Assembly: GCA_965203905.1 (NCBI GenBank)
Contig: CBDBDQ010000005.1
Span: forward strand, 5,024,001-5,088,000
From: Spirochaetia bacterium
Lineage (GTDB): Bacteria > Spirochaetota > Spirochaetia > SZUA-6 > Bin103
Length of the DNA: 64,000 nucleotides
Reading direction: 5' to 3'
Positions 49,046 through 60,086 of the stretch are shown one piece after another (position 1 is the first letter of the stretch; every line of letters starts with the position of its first letter). A model generated the notes under the pieces. The model was not told the origin of the DNA. It worked only from the letters and a program-made list of their open reading frames with translations, and did not search any database. Made by a program: the position numbers and the translations under genes.

Positions 49046-51160
49046 CAGGACGCTCCCACGCTACGCGACAAGCCCGCTGCAAGTCGCTGCTCGCGCTGCC
49101 CCGGACCGACACCCGACCACTCAACTCGCACCCCGGCGAGCGTCGATCACGTGGCCCCGTCTGGCGACGATCCGTAGTCCCGATGCCGGAGACGGTGGTG
49201 AGCAGCGCAATGTAGCCTGAGATTACCCGGCTCGGCGCTGCCGCCAAGCGCGAAGGGAACGATGTGGTCGAGCTCCAGCAGGAAGCGGGAGCCGCAGCGC
49301 CGGCCGCTGTGCGGATCGACGTAACTGCAGCAGCCGCCGTCGCGGAGCCACACCTCGCGCCGCACGGGTGCCGGAATGTAGCGGGATCGGCGTGCCCGGT
49401 GGGGCGGCCGCGCGCTGCCTGCGGAGGGGCCGGCTGCTGCCGGCCGCGGCGGCGCTCGGCCATCGGCCTGCACCGCCGCCGCTACCCGCTGCGCCGCCCC
49501 TGCCCGCTTCGCTGGCGAAGGAGCGCTGCGACCGCGATCCGCCGCTGCCTGGGCGGTCGGCATGCCCTGGTCTGGCGGCCGTGACGCCGGTACCGTGCCG
49601 CGGGACCCACGATCTGCCACCGACTTCGCTGGCGAAGCAACGGCGCCGGGCGCCGCCACCGCTGGCCGGGCACTCACCGGGGTGCTGCTGCCCCAAGTCT
49701 CGCGCCCCGCCGGCGCCACGGACAGCGCTGCCAGCGCCGCGGTGCCGGCGCCGCCATTCCCGCGCGCGGGTTCCTCTGCGGACAGCGCTGCCGGCGCCGG
49801 GGTGCTGCCACCAGCGCTCGTGCCCTCCGGCGTCGGCGACACTCCGGGTTGCTGTTGCGCGCCCCGCTTCGCCGGCGAAGTCGCACCGCCGGCCGGCCCT
49901 TCCTGCGCCTTCGGCTCCGGCGCCGGGCCCGCGCTTGCCTCGCGGCGCCCACCCTTGCGCCCGCGTGGCGGTCGCCCGGGGTCGTAGCGCTGCAGACCGT
50001 CCTGCACCAGCCGCTCCACGAGCTGCCCCAGCGTCAGGTGCGGGTCCACGTGCGACAGCAGTGCCCGTAGCTGCTCGATCCCGAGCTGACAGGCAGAGTC
50101 GATCGCCACCTTCAGCTCCCAGCGGCCGTCGCCCAGTGCCCGCATGCGATCGGCCGGCCGCGCCACCTCGGGAGCCACCCCGGCCAACAACTGCTTCACC
50201 TCGCGGGTGCTCTTGCCGCTCGCCTGCGCCACCAGCTCCTGCCGCTGCGTCGCCCCCAGCGCCGGCACCGGGCTCAGTGGCGTCGCTGCCGCGGCCCCGG
50301 AAGCCCCAGCTTCCGGAGTCGTCTCTGCACCGCGCAGGAGCAGCTCCGGTGCCGCGGGTGCCGAGCCGGGGTCCGCGGCACCGGTCGCCGTGCGCTGCAG
50401 GAGATCGAAGGTGTTCTGCAACTGCGCCGCCGCGCTCAGGGTGAGCGAGCCGTCCTGCAGCCGCTCGCGGGTCCCGGCGGTCTCGGAGCACAGGCGCATC
50501 GCCTTTATGCGGCGCCAGGCGGCGCCTTCGCTATAGCCCAGTTCGCCCACCGCGTAGTCGAACAGGCTGGAGAACCCGAGGCGCAGGTGCAGGTGGCGCG
50601 CCTGGATCTCGCGCAGGTGGTCGAGGACGGCGAGTTGCAGCGCCTGCTCGTGCAGGACGAGGGACCTGGTATGCGCCAGCAGCACCTGGTCGGGGAGCCC
50701 GGAGAGCGAGGAGGAGAAGCCGGGAGCGCTTACGGTAGGCATGGCGTAAATATAATCATGGATGAGAAATGGCCGGTTACGGCAAGTCCCGGAACCGGCG
50801 CCGGGAAGGGTGCAGGCCGGCGCTGGCGGGTGCTGGCGGGCCTGGAGGGCGTGACGGGATGTTCGAAGGGTCGGAGGGGCCGGAATGTGCGGCAGCGGGC
50901 CGTCACGAGCAGCGCCAAACCCGTCAAGTGCCCAGCGCACTTTTTTTTGGCACTTTGCAGAATCCTGCACCCTGGCGGCGACGTGGCAGCAACGCAGCGG
51001 CGGAGATCGGCGTTGCGGGTGGGCGGCAACGGCTCATACTTGGACATGTCGTACAGCGAACGACCCACGCACCCTGAGGCGGCGATCTGGCAGGGGCCGG
51101 CCATCACCGCAGTTCGGCCACACACGGGATTCAGACGTCGTTCAGCATGGGATGGCCCTG
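49046..51160 (-). mobile_element. HNH element copy 4 (complete)
   Basis: Ends CAGGACGCTCCCACGCT / AGCATGGGATGGCCCTG. Confidence 0.88.
49147..50742 (-). CDS. HNH endonuclease with DUF222-like helical N-domain (531 aa)
   Basis: Same domains as copies 2 and 3. Confidence 0.9.
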   Translation of the reverse strand: MPTVSAPGFSSSLSGLPDQVLLAHTRSLVLHEQALQLAVLDHLREIQARHLHLRLGFSSLFDYAVGELGYSEGAAWRRIKAMRLCSETAGTRERLQDGSLTLSAAAQLQNTFDLLQRTATGAADPGSAPAAPELLLRGAETTPEAGASGAAAATPLSPVPALGATQRQELVAQASGKSTREVKQLLAGVAPEVARPADRMRALGDGRWELKVAIDSACQLGIEQLRALLSHVDPHLTLGQLVERLVQDGLQRYDPGRPPRGRKGGRREASAGPAPEPKAQEGPAGGATSPAKRGAQQQPGVSPTPEGTSAGGSTPAPAALSAEEPARGNGGAGTAALAALSVAPAGRETWGSSTPVSARPAVAAPGAVASPAKSVADRGSRGTVPASRPPDQGMPTAQAAADRGRSAPSPAKRAGAAQRVAAAVQADGRAPPRPAAAGPSAGSARPPHRARRSRYIPAPVRREVWLRDGGCCSYVDPHSGRRCGSRFLLELDHIVPFALGGSAEPGNLRLHCAAHHRLRHRDYGSSPDGAT

Positions 51161-51254
51161 TTGATGTGACGACGAACCTGCCCACGTCCGACATGGGGGA
51201 GACAGTCGGTGCAAGCTGGCACTGGCGAACTGATAACGATCCTGGCGTAGTACA

Positions 51255-52095
51255 GGGACGCAACGCGATGCCGTCGCGGCGCTGGCGGTCGTGACCGCCG
51301 TACAGGAGCGTGGCGCGATCGGTGGCAACGCTGGTGTGCCGGCACCACCAGCGCAGGCCGGCGGCCAGTTCCGGCGCCACGGTCTGCGCCAACTTGATCT
51401 CGACCGGGTGCGGCGTTCCGGCATGCTCGATCACCAGATCGACCTCGTGGCCGGTACGGTCGCGCCAGAAGTACAGTGGCGGCTGCAGCCGGTGGTGGCG
51501 ATACGCCTTGATCACCTCGCCGACGAGGTAGTTCTCGAACTACGACCCGCGCAGGGGGTGGGTGACCAACTGCCGTTCATCGCTGACGCCGAGCAGGTGG
51601 CAGGCGAGGCCGGTGTCGACGAAGTAGACCTTGGGGCTCTTCACCAGGCGCTTGTTGTAGTTGCGATGATAGGGCCGTAGCAGGTGGATCACGAAGCTGG
51701 TAGCCAGGACCGATGTCCAGCGCCGCGCGGTGTCCACCGCCACCCCGCAGTCGTTGGCCAGGGACGCGCATCAACAGGAGGTTCTGCGATCCCGTCAGGA
51801 TGTAGTTCCCGGTGTGCTCGGGGTGGTCGACGGCGACCTGGATCGCCGAGGGCAGATCGGGGACGCGCTGCACCTCGTCGATGATCACCGGCGGCCGATA
51901 GCGGTCCAGGAAGCCGTGCGGATCCTCACGCGCAAAGCGGCGCGACTCGGTGTCCTCAAGGGTTACGTAATCGAACGCCGGAAAGGCCGCCCGTGCCAGC
52001 GTGGTCTTGCCCGATTGGCGCGGGCCGGTGAGCGTGACGACCGGATAGTAGCCCACGTCACGAGCCAGGTACGTATGCAGCGTGCGCCGCAGCAT
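51255..52095 (-). pseudogene. AAA_14/DUF4143 ATP-binding protein, deleted and frameshifted
   Basis: TGPRQSGKTT, IIDEVQR, ILTGSQ, KSPKVYFVDTGL, FWRDRTGHEVD..VEIK. Confidence 0.85.
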
Positions 52096-52192
52096 AGGTG
52101 TCAGATTTACGATCCAAAGCAAATTTGACAAATCGTGATGCACCTGGAGTTGCGCGGTGCGGAGTGTTCCGATAGAGTTGGTCGTTGGAACC

Positions 52193-53368
52193 ATGGCCGC
52201 TGTCCGCCAACCGCTGAACGAGGTAACCCGCTCGATGCGCGTGCGCTGGTATCGCAGTCCGATCGAGCCACAGGTGCTGCGGCGCCTGATGCAGCGCAGC
52301 GACCTGCAGGGCTGGCTGCAAGCGGGGGGCAATCTGGCGCTGTTGGCCGCCACCGCGACGCTCACCTGGTACCTGTTCCTGCAGCAGGCGTGGGTCGGCT
52401 TCGCGCTGGCGCTCTATCTCCATTGCACGGTCGGCAGCTTCCTCAGCGCCGCCTGTCACGAGCTGGACCACGGCACCGTGTTCAAGACCAAGCGGCTCAA
52501 CCGCATCTTCCTGCGCGTTTACTCGTTGCTGGCATGGTTCAACTTTCATGACTACGCTCTCAGCCACACCTACCACCACCGCTACACGCTGCATCCGGAC
52601 GGCGATCGCGAGGTAGTGCTGCCGCAGTCGCCGACGCTGCGCTGGCTGTACGTGCTGCAATTGCTGACGATCAACATCACCGGCGGGCCGATGTGTCGCG
52701 GCTTGTGGCCGATCCTCCGCTACACCGTGACCGCAGCGCTCGGGTTGCCGATGAGGGCGGACACGGTCGGCGATACCGAGCCGGTCGGCGTGCGCGCCCA
52801 GGAATGGATCGTAGCCCTGTACCAGGCGCACCCGGAAGAGCGGCGCAAGTCGATTCGCTGGGCGCAGATCCTGCTGCTGTTCCACGGCGCGGTGCTGGTG
52901 GTGGCGATCGCCTCCGGGCTGTGGCTGTTGCCGGTGCTGATCAGCCTGCCGGCGGCGGTAGCCAACTGGTGGCGCTACCTGGTGTTCATGCCGATGCACT
53001 GCGGCCTGCGCGACAATGTCGCCGACTTCCGCAAGTGCGTGCGCAGCATCAAGATCGACCCGGTCTCATCGTTCCTGTACTGGCGCATGAACTGGCACAT
53101 GGAGCATCACATGTACGCCGGCGTGCCGTGCTACAACCTGCGCCGGCTCAGCCGCACGATCGCCGCCGACTGCCCCCCGCCGCGCACCCTTATCGGCGCC
53201 TGGCGCGAAATGCGCGTCGCCTGGGTGCGCCAGCGCACGGATCCCGACTACCAGTACGACACGCCGGTGCCGACCCCGGCGCACACCGCGGCTGCAAACG
53301 GTACCCGCACCGACGACGCGCTCGGTGGCTCCATCGGCGACCTGGCGCCGGTCGTGCTCGAGCGATAG
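52193..53368 (+). CDS. Fatty acid desaturase family protein
   Basis: His boxes HELDH, HTYHH, HMEHH. Confidence 0.88.
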   Translation: MAAVRQPLNEVTRSMRVRWYRSPIEPQVLRRLMQRSDLQGWLQAGGNLALLAATATLTWYLFLQQAWVGFALALYLHCTVGSFLSAACHELDHGTVFKTKRLNRIFLRVYSLLAWFNFHDYALSHTYHHRYTLHPDGDREVVLPQSPTLRWLYVLQLLTINITGGPMCRGLWPILRYTVTAALGLPMRADTVGDTEPVGVRAQEWIVALYQAHPEERRKSIRWAQILLLFHGAVLVVAIASGLWLLPVLISLPAAVANWWRYLVFMPMHCGLRDNVADFRKCVRSIKIDPVSSFLYWRMNWHMEHHMYAGVPCYNLRRLSRTIAADCPPPRTLIGAWREMRVAWVRQRTDPDYQYDTPVPTPAHTAAANGTRTDDALGGSIGDLAPVVLER

Positions 53369-53386
53369 TCAAGTACGGATCGCCCA

Positions 53387-54385
53387 TCATTCCGCCCAGA
53401 ACGGCACGTACTCGCGATATTTCGGCGGCGCTTCAGGCAGGCGGATGGCAACCAGACCCGCCTTCACGGCCTCTCCGATCAGACGCGACGCGATCGCCCG
53501 GTTCTTTTCGTCGATTCCGAACCGCTCACGAATCGACCTGTTGGTCATGCTGTGGCGTTGTACGTACCTCAGGCAGGCATGCAGATAGCAGGCACGCTCA
53601 CGTTCCGTCTTGTCCATTTCAGCGAGGTTCTTTCGGGAGAACAACACCACCCGCGTGAAGTTGGGAGGGGTCTCGAACAGCGGTGCGGGCAGGTGGTAGC
53701 GTTCGATCGCGGCCACCACCTTGTCAATCCCGCTGCCACGCTCCTCGCAAATCCGGAACCGACGCATGAGCGATGCAAGCACCTCGTTGCGTGATCGCGG
53801 CGGCCTATCGGGAAAGCGCTGGGTATCCACCAGCGGCTCGCCCGGGTTCGTGATCTCGATGCGATCCGGGAATATCTCCACCATCGGTCCGGCGCCAGTT
53901 GCGAGAAAATCCTGGTGGATCAGGGCATTCGCCACCAGTTCACGTACCGCAATTTCGGGGAACGCCGGCACCGTGTGGCGCAAGGCCTGACCAATGACCT
54001 CTGTCGCCGGCAGCCGGGCATTGATGTAGGCGAGCAGGCTCTCGAAGCCGCCAGCGTAGCCTCGCGAGGCTTCGGATTCCTTCAGCGTTTCGGTGCGTCC
54101 TGCACGCCGGTACTCGATCACCCGAACGGCCTTCCGTTGCAGGGACCGAAAGTCGCCCAGGTTCCTGGCGAGCAGCACGGCCCCCACATTGGTGATGTCG
54201 AACCCACCTGCCGCGCAAGGAGCGATCAGCCGATCCGTCTGCAGCACGTCAAGGATCGCCGTGTGGCCGTCCGGCAAAGCTACGTCCAGGAGCTCGAAGT
54301 AGGCAGGGTAGTCGAGCTTGCGCAGCACATTTTCGGCGCTCATCCGCTCTGCGGCGATGCCATCTTCGAAACTGCGAGTCACCAC
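53387..54385 (-). pseudogene. ATP-binding protein (RecG-C/HATPase_c_4), N-terminal domain missing
   Basis: RELVANALIHQD, DRIEITNPG, RN..LA, EERGSG. Confidence 0.75.
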
Positions 54386-54431
54386 GTTCCCCGTGCCGGT
54401 GTCACGAGCCGCCAGAACCGACGATTCCTTC

Positions 54432-56381
54432 TCATCGATCCACGAGCCAGGCCAGGTTGAACGAGTAGTGGTTGCTGCTGCTGATGAGTTGGATGCGGCC
54501 GTCGGCGGACTGGCAGGCGGTGAGATAGCCGTTCACCTCGGCGTTTCCGGGGCCCATCAGGCAGGGGACTCCATCCATCGCTTCGATGACGCGGTCGGGT
54601 CCGCCGTCGCTGACCAAGCGGCGAAACGGCCAGGTCTCGCCGTCGTCGAAGGATAGCGCGCAGTACATGCCGCAAACTGCCCTGCGGCCGCCGGCGTCGA
54701 CGACGGTGAAGGCGCCATCCGACTCCGCCACTGCATTGGCGAAGGAGATGAGGAGAATCGGATCGGTGCCGGCGCTGCAGGTTCCTCGCAGGCGCTTGAG
54801 CACCAGCCGCTGTGAGCCGCCGATGGGGAGAAACGGACTGGCGGAGTAGTTCCACGTCTTGCCGCGGTCCGCGGAAACGCTCATCGCCAGGGTCCCGTCC
54901 ACCTCGTCGCCGCGTCCGAAGGCCAGCAGCCGGCCGTCGGCGAGCTCCACCGCCGATGCATGGATCCCGGCGATGGTGCCGCCGGCATCCCGCCACGTCT
55001 CGCCGCCGTCGGCGCTCATCCACAGGGCGGTGCCGCCGTCGCCGATGCTGACCGCGTCGCACGGCAGCACCAGGGTTCCGTCGCGGAGCGTGAACGCCGC
55101 CGCGATCGGCATCTGGCGCGGGCCGTGCTCGCCGCTGATGAACCTGGCCCGGCTCCAGGTGGCGCCGCTGTCGTCGGAGGTGCGCAGGATGGTCCGCAGC
55201 GGCCCCCAGGTGGCGGCGGCTGACATGCCGTTGAAGTGGTACATCCGTGCTCCGTCGCAGAGCAGGGCCGGCGCGTGGTCGTTGCGGTCGGGGGCGTCCC
55301 AGAACACCGATGCTGGCTCCCAGGAGTCGGTTCCGGCGCGCAGACGGCTGGCCAGAATGCCCAGTTCGCGGCCGGGTTCCTCGACGCAGCTATACCAGAT
55401 GGCCAGGAGGTCGCCGTTGGGACACTGGCAGATCGCCGGATCGTGGTTGTGGGTGCTGAACAGGGGCCCGTAGGAACGGGGAGGTAGGTGCACGTAGCGG
55501 GCCGGCCCGCGGAACAACGGCGCATCGTCGGTACCTGACGCCTCGGCGGGTACGGTAGTCTGTCGAACGTTGTTGGCGTGCAACTCCACCGGCGCCTTGC
55601 GAGCCGGTCTCGGCGGCACCGGACGATCGGCGCACACGACCCGGAACCCGATCAGCCAGTTGCGTTCTTCCGGCAGCGCCGCCGCACGGTTGGCGGACCG
55701 GAGATAGTAGGTCTCGGTCGAGTGGCTGCCGCCGCGGGTGACCCGGAAATCGCCATCGGGTGGACCGGTGGGGTCGCTGGCGTCGCGGTCGAGGTACGGG
55801 CCGTACCAGTCCAGGCACCACTCCTCGACGTTGCCGTGCATGTCGCACAAGCCCCACGGGTTGGGGGGCGTGCGGCCGACGTGCAGCGGGACGACGTTGT
55901 CGCCGGTGGTGCGCGACGGGTCGGGAAACCAGGTGCGGCGCTGGTTCTTTGCCACCCCCGGCGGCGGTGCATCTCCGCTGGAGAACGGTGTCGAGGATCC
56001 GGCCCGGCACGCGTACTCCCACTCCGCCTCGGTGGGCAGGCGGAATCCGGCGCCCTCGCGCTCGGACAGCCAGCGGCAGTAGGCGGCGGCGTCATCCCAG
56101 CTCACGAACACCACCGCTTCGTCGTCATCACTTGAGAACCCCAGCTTGCCGCGCAGTTCCCGGTGCGCCGGGTCGAACATCTCGTACTGGGCGTTGGTCA
56201 CCTGGCACTCCGCCAGGTAGAACGGCCTGGTGACGGTAACCCGGTGCACGGGCACCTCGTCGAAGTCGCCGTAGCGGAAGCAGGAGGGTGACAGCAGGGC
56301 GTCGGGCAGCGCCCGGTCGTTTCCCATCAGGAACGAACCGGCAGCGACGCGCCGCAGCCGCATGCCCGTCGTAGTGATCAT
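54432..56381 (-). CDS. SUMF1/FGE-like domain fused to BNR-repeat sialidase-like domain
   Basis: FRLPTEAEWEYACR, PNPWGLCDMHGNVEEW, GFRVV; SDDSGATW, SADGGETW, SADRGKTW, SFDDGETW. Confidence 0.88.
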   Translation of the reverse strand: MITTTGMRLRRVAAGSFLMGNDRALPDALLSPSCFRYGDFDEVPVHRVTVTRPFYLAECQVTNAQYEMFDPAHRELRGKLGFSSDDDEAVVFVSWDDAAAYCRWLSEREGAGFRLPTEAEWEYACRAGSSTPFSSGDAPPPGVAKNQRRTWFPDPSRTTGDNVVPLHVGRTPPNPWGLCDMHGNVEEWCLDWYGPYLDRDASDPTGPPDGDFRVTRGGSHSTETYYLRSANRAAALPEERNWLIGFRVVCADRPVPPRPARKAPVELHANNVRQTTVPAEASGTDDAPLFRGPARYVHLPPRSYGPLFSTHNHDPAICQCPNGDLLAIWYSCVEEPGRELGILASRLRAGTDSWEPASVFWDAPDRNDHAPALLCDGARMYHFNGMSAAATWGPLRTILRTSDDSGATWSRARFISGEHGPRQMPIAAAFTLRDGTLVLPCDAVSIGDGGTALWMSADGGETWRDAGGTIAGIHASAVELADGRLLAFGRGDEVDGTLAMSVSADRGKTWNYSASPFLPIGGSQRLVLKRLRGTCSAGTDPILLISFANAVAESDGAFTVVDAGGRRAVCGMYCALSFDDGETWPFRRLVSDGGPDRVIEAMDGVPCLMGPGNAEVNGYLTACQSADGRIQLISSSNHYSFNLAWLVDR

Positions 56382-56508
56382 GGTAAGCCCTCCAAGGTCG
56401 ACTGATTCTGACGAACTGGTGACGAAGTATGACCGCACCAGGTCGGCGCGCCAATACCCAACTTGATCGACGCTGTATTCTCGACTACGATCCAGTCGAA
56501 GGCGTTCC

Positions 56509-56739
56509 ATGAGTGAAACGGGCGATGGTTCTGTAGAACTTGGTAGAGTGGTTTCTCGTAACCCCGAAATTCATAGCGGGGACTTGGTATTCGCGGCGAC
56601 TCGCGTGCCGGTAGATACGCTTGTCGACTATCTCAAGGGCGATCATTCCGTTGAAGAATTCCTGAGGGATTTTCCGACCGTCGAGCGGTGGCAGGTGGAG
56701 TCGTACCTTGAACTCTCACCTGACGGCATTGAAAACTGA
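56509..56739 (+). CDS. DUF433 antitoxin-like protein
   Basis: SRNPEIHSG..VFAATRVPV..EEFLRDFPTV. Confidence 0.85.
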   Translation: MSETGDGSVELGRVVSRNPEIHSGDLVFAATRVPVDTLVDYLKGDHSVEEFLRDFPTVERWQVESYLELSPDGIEN

Positions 56740-56757
56740 GACTCTGACCGTCATCGA

Positions 56758-57004
56758 GTGAGGGTACTGCTCGACGAGGATATTCCGATCAGACTCAGGC
56801 TTCACTTCCAGGCGAACGTCGAAGTCGAAACGGTCGAGTACCGAGGATGGAAGGGCCTGAAGAATGGTGCATTGCTACGCGCTGCTCAGGATCACTTCGA
56901 TCTACTCGTAACAACAGAACAACCTGCCCAATCAGCAGCCTCTTGAGCGGTTTGACCTTGCGGTCGTGATCTTGCCTGAGGATCTATCCTCCCGAGTAAC
57001 ATGA
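56758..57004 (+). pseudogene. DUF5615 PIN-like toxin, frameshifted and truncated
   Basis: MRVLLDEDIP..GWKGLKNGALL..FDLLVT, then NLPNQQ..LAVVIL in another frame. Confidence 0.75.
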
Positions 57005-57101
57005 GATCGGTCTACGGCGACCTGATCCGGACCGGGTACGACACCCGCGGGATCGTTGGCACCGGTATCATCGCCCGCGCCGTTGCGGGTAGGCTGCGCC
57101 C

Positions 57102-58520
57102 ATGAGCAGCCGTCGACCCAACATCGTGTTCGTGTTCTCGGACCAGCAGCGCTACAGCGCCCTCGGCGCCAACGGCAACCCGGTGGTACGTACCCCCGTG
57201 CTCGACCGGATGGCAGGCGAGGGCATGGTCTGCGACAATATGTTCTCGAACCATCCGCTGTGCTCGCCGTACCGGGCCATTCTCCTCACCGGCCAGTTCG
57301 GCTGGCGCAACGGCGTGATCGACAACGAGTACCGGCCGCGGCGCGACATTCCCACCCTGCCGGGAACCTTGCGCGAGCACGGCTACGGCACCGCTCACGT
57401 GGGCACCTTCCACCTCGGCAAGGGACCGTATACCGAGGAAGGCAGGTACGGGATCGACTACCTGGCCGCGGTCGGCATCGGCCGCGGGTACTTCGACCAG
57501 GGCTACTACGAGAACGAGCGTGGGCCGGTCACCTTCCCGGGCTGGGGGCCGACCGTCGAGACGGACTTGGCGATCCGCTACCTGGAGCGCCACCGCGAGG
57601 AGCGGCCGGACGACCCGTTCGCCCTGTTCCTGTCGTGGCGGCCCCCGCACTGGCCGTACGAGCAGTTTCCCGATTCCATCGAGCGCTACGATCCGGCCAC
57701 GGTCGACCTGCCGGCCAACGTGCCCGATGCCCTGGCCGACCACGCCCGCCGCGAGCTGGCCGACTACTATTCCTGCTGCACCGGGCTCGACGTGGAGATG
57801 GGCCGCCTGCTGGCCGCTCTCGACCGCCTGCAGGTCGCGGACGACACCATCGTCTGCTACACCTCGGACCACGGCGACCACATCCGCGCCCACGGCTACG
57901 GCAAGCCGAACGAGACTTGGCTGCACCACACCCGCCGCGCCTCCAAGGCCACCCCGTACGAGGATTCCGCCCACGTGCCGTTCGTCGTTCGCTGGCCGGG
58001 CAACACCCCGCCGGGCACGCGCAGCGACGCCTTCATGGGCGCCATCGACATCGTGCCGAGCCTGCTCGGCGCGTGCGGCGTGCCGTTGCCGGCCGGCCTG
58101 CAGGGCCGCGACCTGTCGCCGGTGTGGCGCGGGCGGCCGGTACCTGCGGACCCGCCGCACGCCCCGGGCGCCAGCGAATCGGTGTACCTGATGAACATGG
58201 CCAACGGCTGGCCCAACCGCTACGGCTGGGTGGGGCGCTGGCGCGCCGTGCGCACCGCGCGCTACACCTATGCCCGCTGGTACGCCAACGAGCGCAGTCC
58301 CTGGCTGTTCGACCGCCGGGAAGACCCGCTGGAGATGGACAACCTCGTGTACTCGGCGCCCGCGCGCCCGGTCGTGCAGGAGATGGAGGAGCGCCTGCAC
58401 CGCTGGATGGAGGCCACCGGCGACCCGTTCGAGCACGGCGCCCGCGGTCCGCGCGGTTTCGTCGAGGTGGGCCAGCAGTGGGCGGACTCGGACAAGTGGG
58501 CGGAGTGGGGGACGAGCTGA
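57102..58520 (+). CDS. Sulfatase
   Basis: PNIVFVFSDQQR, CSPYR, PPHWPY, TSDHG. Confidence 0.92.
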   Translation: MSSRRPNIVFVFSDQQRYSALGANGNPVVRTPVLDRMAGEGMVCDNMFSNHPLCSPYRAILLTGQFGWRNGVIDNEYRPRRDIPTLPGTLREHGYGTAHVGTFHLGKGPYTEEGRYGIDYLAAVGIGRGYFDQGYYENERGPVTFPGWGPTVETDLAIRYLERHREERPDDPFALFLSWRPPHWPYEQFPDSIERYDPATVDLPANVPDALADHARRELADYYSCCTGLDVEMGRLLAALDRLQVADDTIVCYTSDHGDHIRAHGYGKPNETWLHHTRRASKATPYEDSAHVPFVVRWPGNTPPGTRSDAFMGAIDIVPSLLGACGVPLPAGLQGRDLSPVWRGRPVPADPPHAPGASESVYLMNMANGWPNRYGWVGRWRAVRTARYTYARWYANERSPWLFDRREDPLEMDNLVYSAPARPVVQEMEERLHRWMEATGDPFEHGARGPRGFVEVGQQWADSDKWAEWGTS

Positions 58521-58572
58521 CGCGATGCCCGCCGGGCATCGTCTGCCACCGCAACGGTGGAACCCCGACCGC

Positions 58573-59400
58573 TCACATCCCCCACACCGTGATCCGGTGC
58601 TGGTCATCGGTGCGTTCGGCGCGGCGGAAGATCTTGTCCTCCCACCGCTTGCCTGCGCCGCGGTCGAAGATGACCAGGTGGCCCGCCTGCGCCGCGCACC
58701 GGTCCATGTAGTCGGCGGTCTGCAGCAACCCCTCGCGGACCGTGCGCTCCAGGCTCCCGTGCAGCACCTTGCACTCGATGACGAATCTGCCCGCGGCGTG
58801 CGGTCCCGCGCCACCGGGTCGCGGCCAGATGATCAGCAGATCGGTGCGCCCCCGCCCGAGGCCGTACTCGCGCTCCATGCGCCCGCCGCTGTTCACGATC
58901 CGTTGCAGGAACGCCTGCAGCAGGAGCTGCGGACCCGCCTCGGCGTAGTCGAAGCGCGCCACCCCCCGCTTCGCGGCCCTGCGGGGCTCGGAGTGCTCGC
59001 GGAAGAACCCCTGGAAGTCGGCCAGCAGCTTGTCCAGGTCGAGGCCGCCGTCGGCGTCCACGTACCACACCGGATCCTGCAGCAGCTTCTCCTGGACTGC
59101 GTAGGTGAGCTCTCGGGGAACCACCTCGGCGTAGATAGGATTGGCCATGCGCGGCAGCCTGTCACGGGCAACGAGGCCGAGGTCGCGCACGTACTCCAGG
59201 TCGCGGGTCGACGAGTGGTCCACGCTGGCCCCACTCAGCAGCGGCTCGATCACGCGCCGCACGCGCGCCTCCTTGAGCTTGTCGGTTGAGCTGCTCCTGC
59301 GCGTCGAGGATCGCGTCGTTGGATGAACATGTCCGCGGCTCAACGCCGGGGACGACCACGGCACCGCCGAACATGTAGAGACTGTCAACGAATCCCGCAT
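58573..59400 (-). pseudogene. AAA-ATPase/PD-(D/E)xK protein C-terminal fragment
   Basis: ANPIYAEVVPREL, LQAFLQRIVNSGG..EREYGLGRGRTDL, VIECK; ATPase part missing. Confidence 0.75.
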
Positions 59401-59466
59401 GGCTTCGCTGAGCTAACCGGAGCCTACACGGTCAGGGTGTAAGAAGCGCACGCCCTGCCCGCCACC

Positions 59467-59494
59467 TTGACTGTACCCTTAACCTGGGTACACT
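59467..59494 (+). promoter_or_regulatory. TA promoter with overlapping operator palindrome
   Basis: TTGACT-16-TACACT; IR TGTACCC-7-GGGTACA. Confidence 0.7.
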
Positions 59495-59776
59495 GTGTCA
59501 GTGGAAGTCCAGCTGTCCAAGGCTGCGAGGAAGCAACTTGCCAAGGTTCCGCAACATATCGTCCGAAAGTTCGCCCTCTGGCGCGACCTGGTCCGTTTTG
59601 AAGGGCTCGCCGCAGCTCGGGCAGTCCCAGGCTTCAGGGATCACCCCCTCCACGCTGACTGGCGGGGGTACAGGGCCGTCCGGCTCAGCGACGCTTACCG
59701 AGCCATCTATATCGTGCACAGCGCAGGGTCTGTCGAGACCGTCTACGTCGAAGAGGTAAACAAGCATGACTACTAA
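59495..59776 (+). CDS. RelE/HigB-family toxin (start possibly GTG 59501)
   Basis: DHPLHADWRGYRAVRLSDAYRAIY..EEVNKHDY. Confidence 0.85.
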   Translation: MSVEVQLSKAARKQLAKVPQHIVRKFALWRDLVRFEGLAAARAVPGFRDHPLHADWRGYRAVRLSDAYRAIYIVHSAGSVETVYVEEVNKHDY

Positions 59777-60086
59777 ACGCGGACACACCGAGTCGGACAC
59801 CGCATACATCGAGAACTTGATTGGAGGCCCCTTGAGCCTCGGGGGCGCCTTGGGGGCAATCCGCGAAAGTGAAGGCGAAAGCCTCGCCCAGTTCGCGCAG
59901 CGGCTGGGTGTTTCCCGTACGCACCTCTCGGATATCGAGCATGGAAGGCGTTCTTTGAGTCTGGAGCGCGCCGCACAGTTCGCAGCCGCCCTGGGTCATA
60001 ACCAAGCGCAGTTCGTACGCCTGGCTCTCCAAGATCAAGTGCGCGAGGCAGGACTGAAGCTCCGTGTCGCCGTTCACGCCGGGTAG
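59766..60086 (+). CDS. XRE HTH antitoxin
   Basis: FAQRLGVSRTHLSDIEHGRR. Confidence 0.88.
   Translation: MTTKRGHTESDTAYIENLIGGPLSLGGALGAIRESEGESLAQFAQRLGVSRTHLSDIEHGRRSLSLERAAQFAAALGHNQAQFVRLALQDQVREAGLKLRVAVHAG

Larger units (their letters stand above)
48023..51160. mobile_element. Composite transposon (MITE + Rpn fragment + HNH copy 4) with 9-bp target duplication
   Basis: TTGATGTGA at 48014-48022 and 51161-51169, exactly abutting the outer terminal repeats. Confidence 0.75.
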
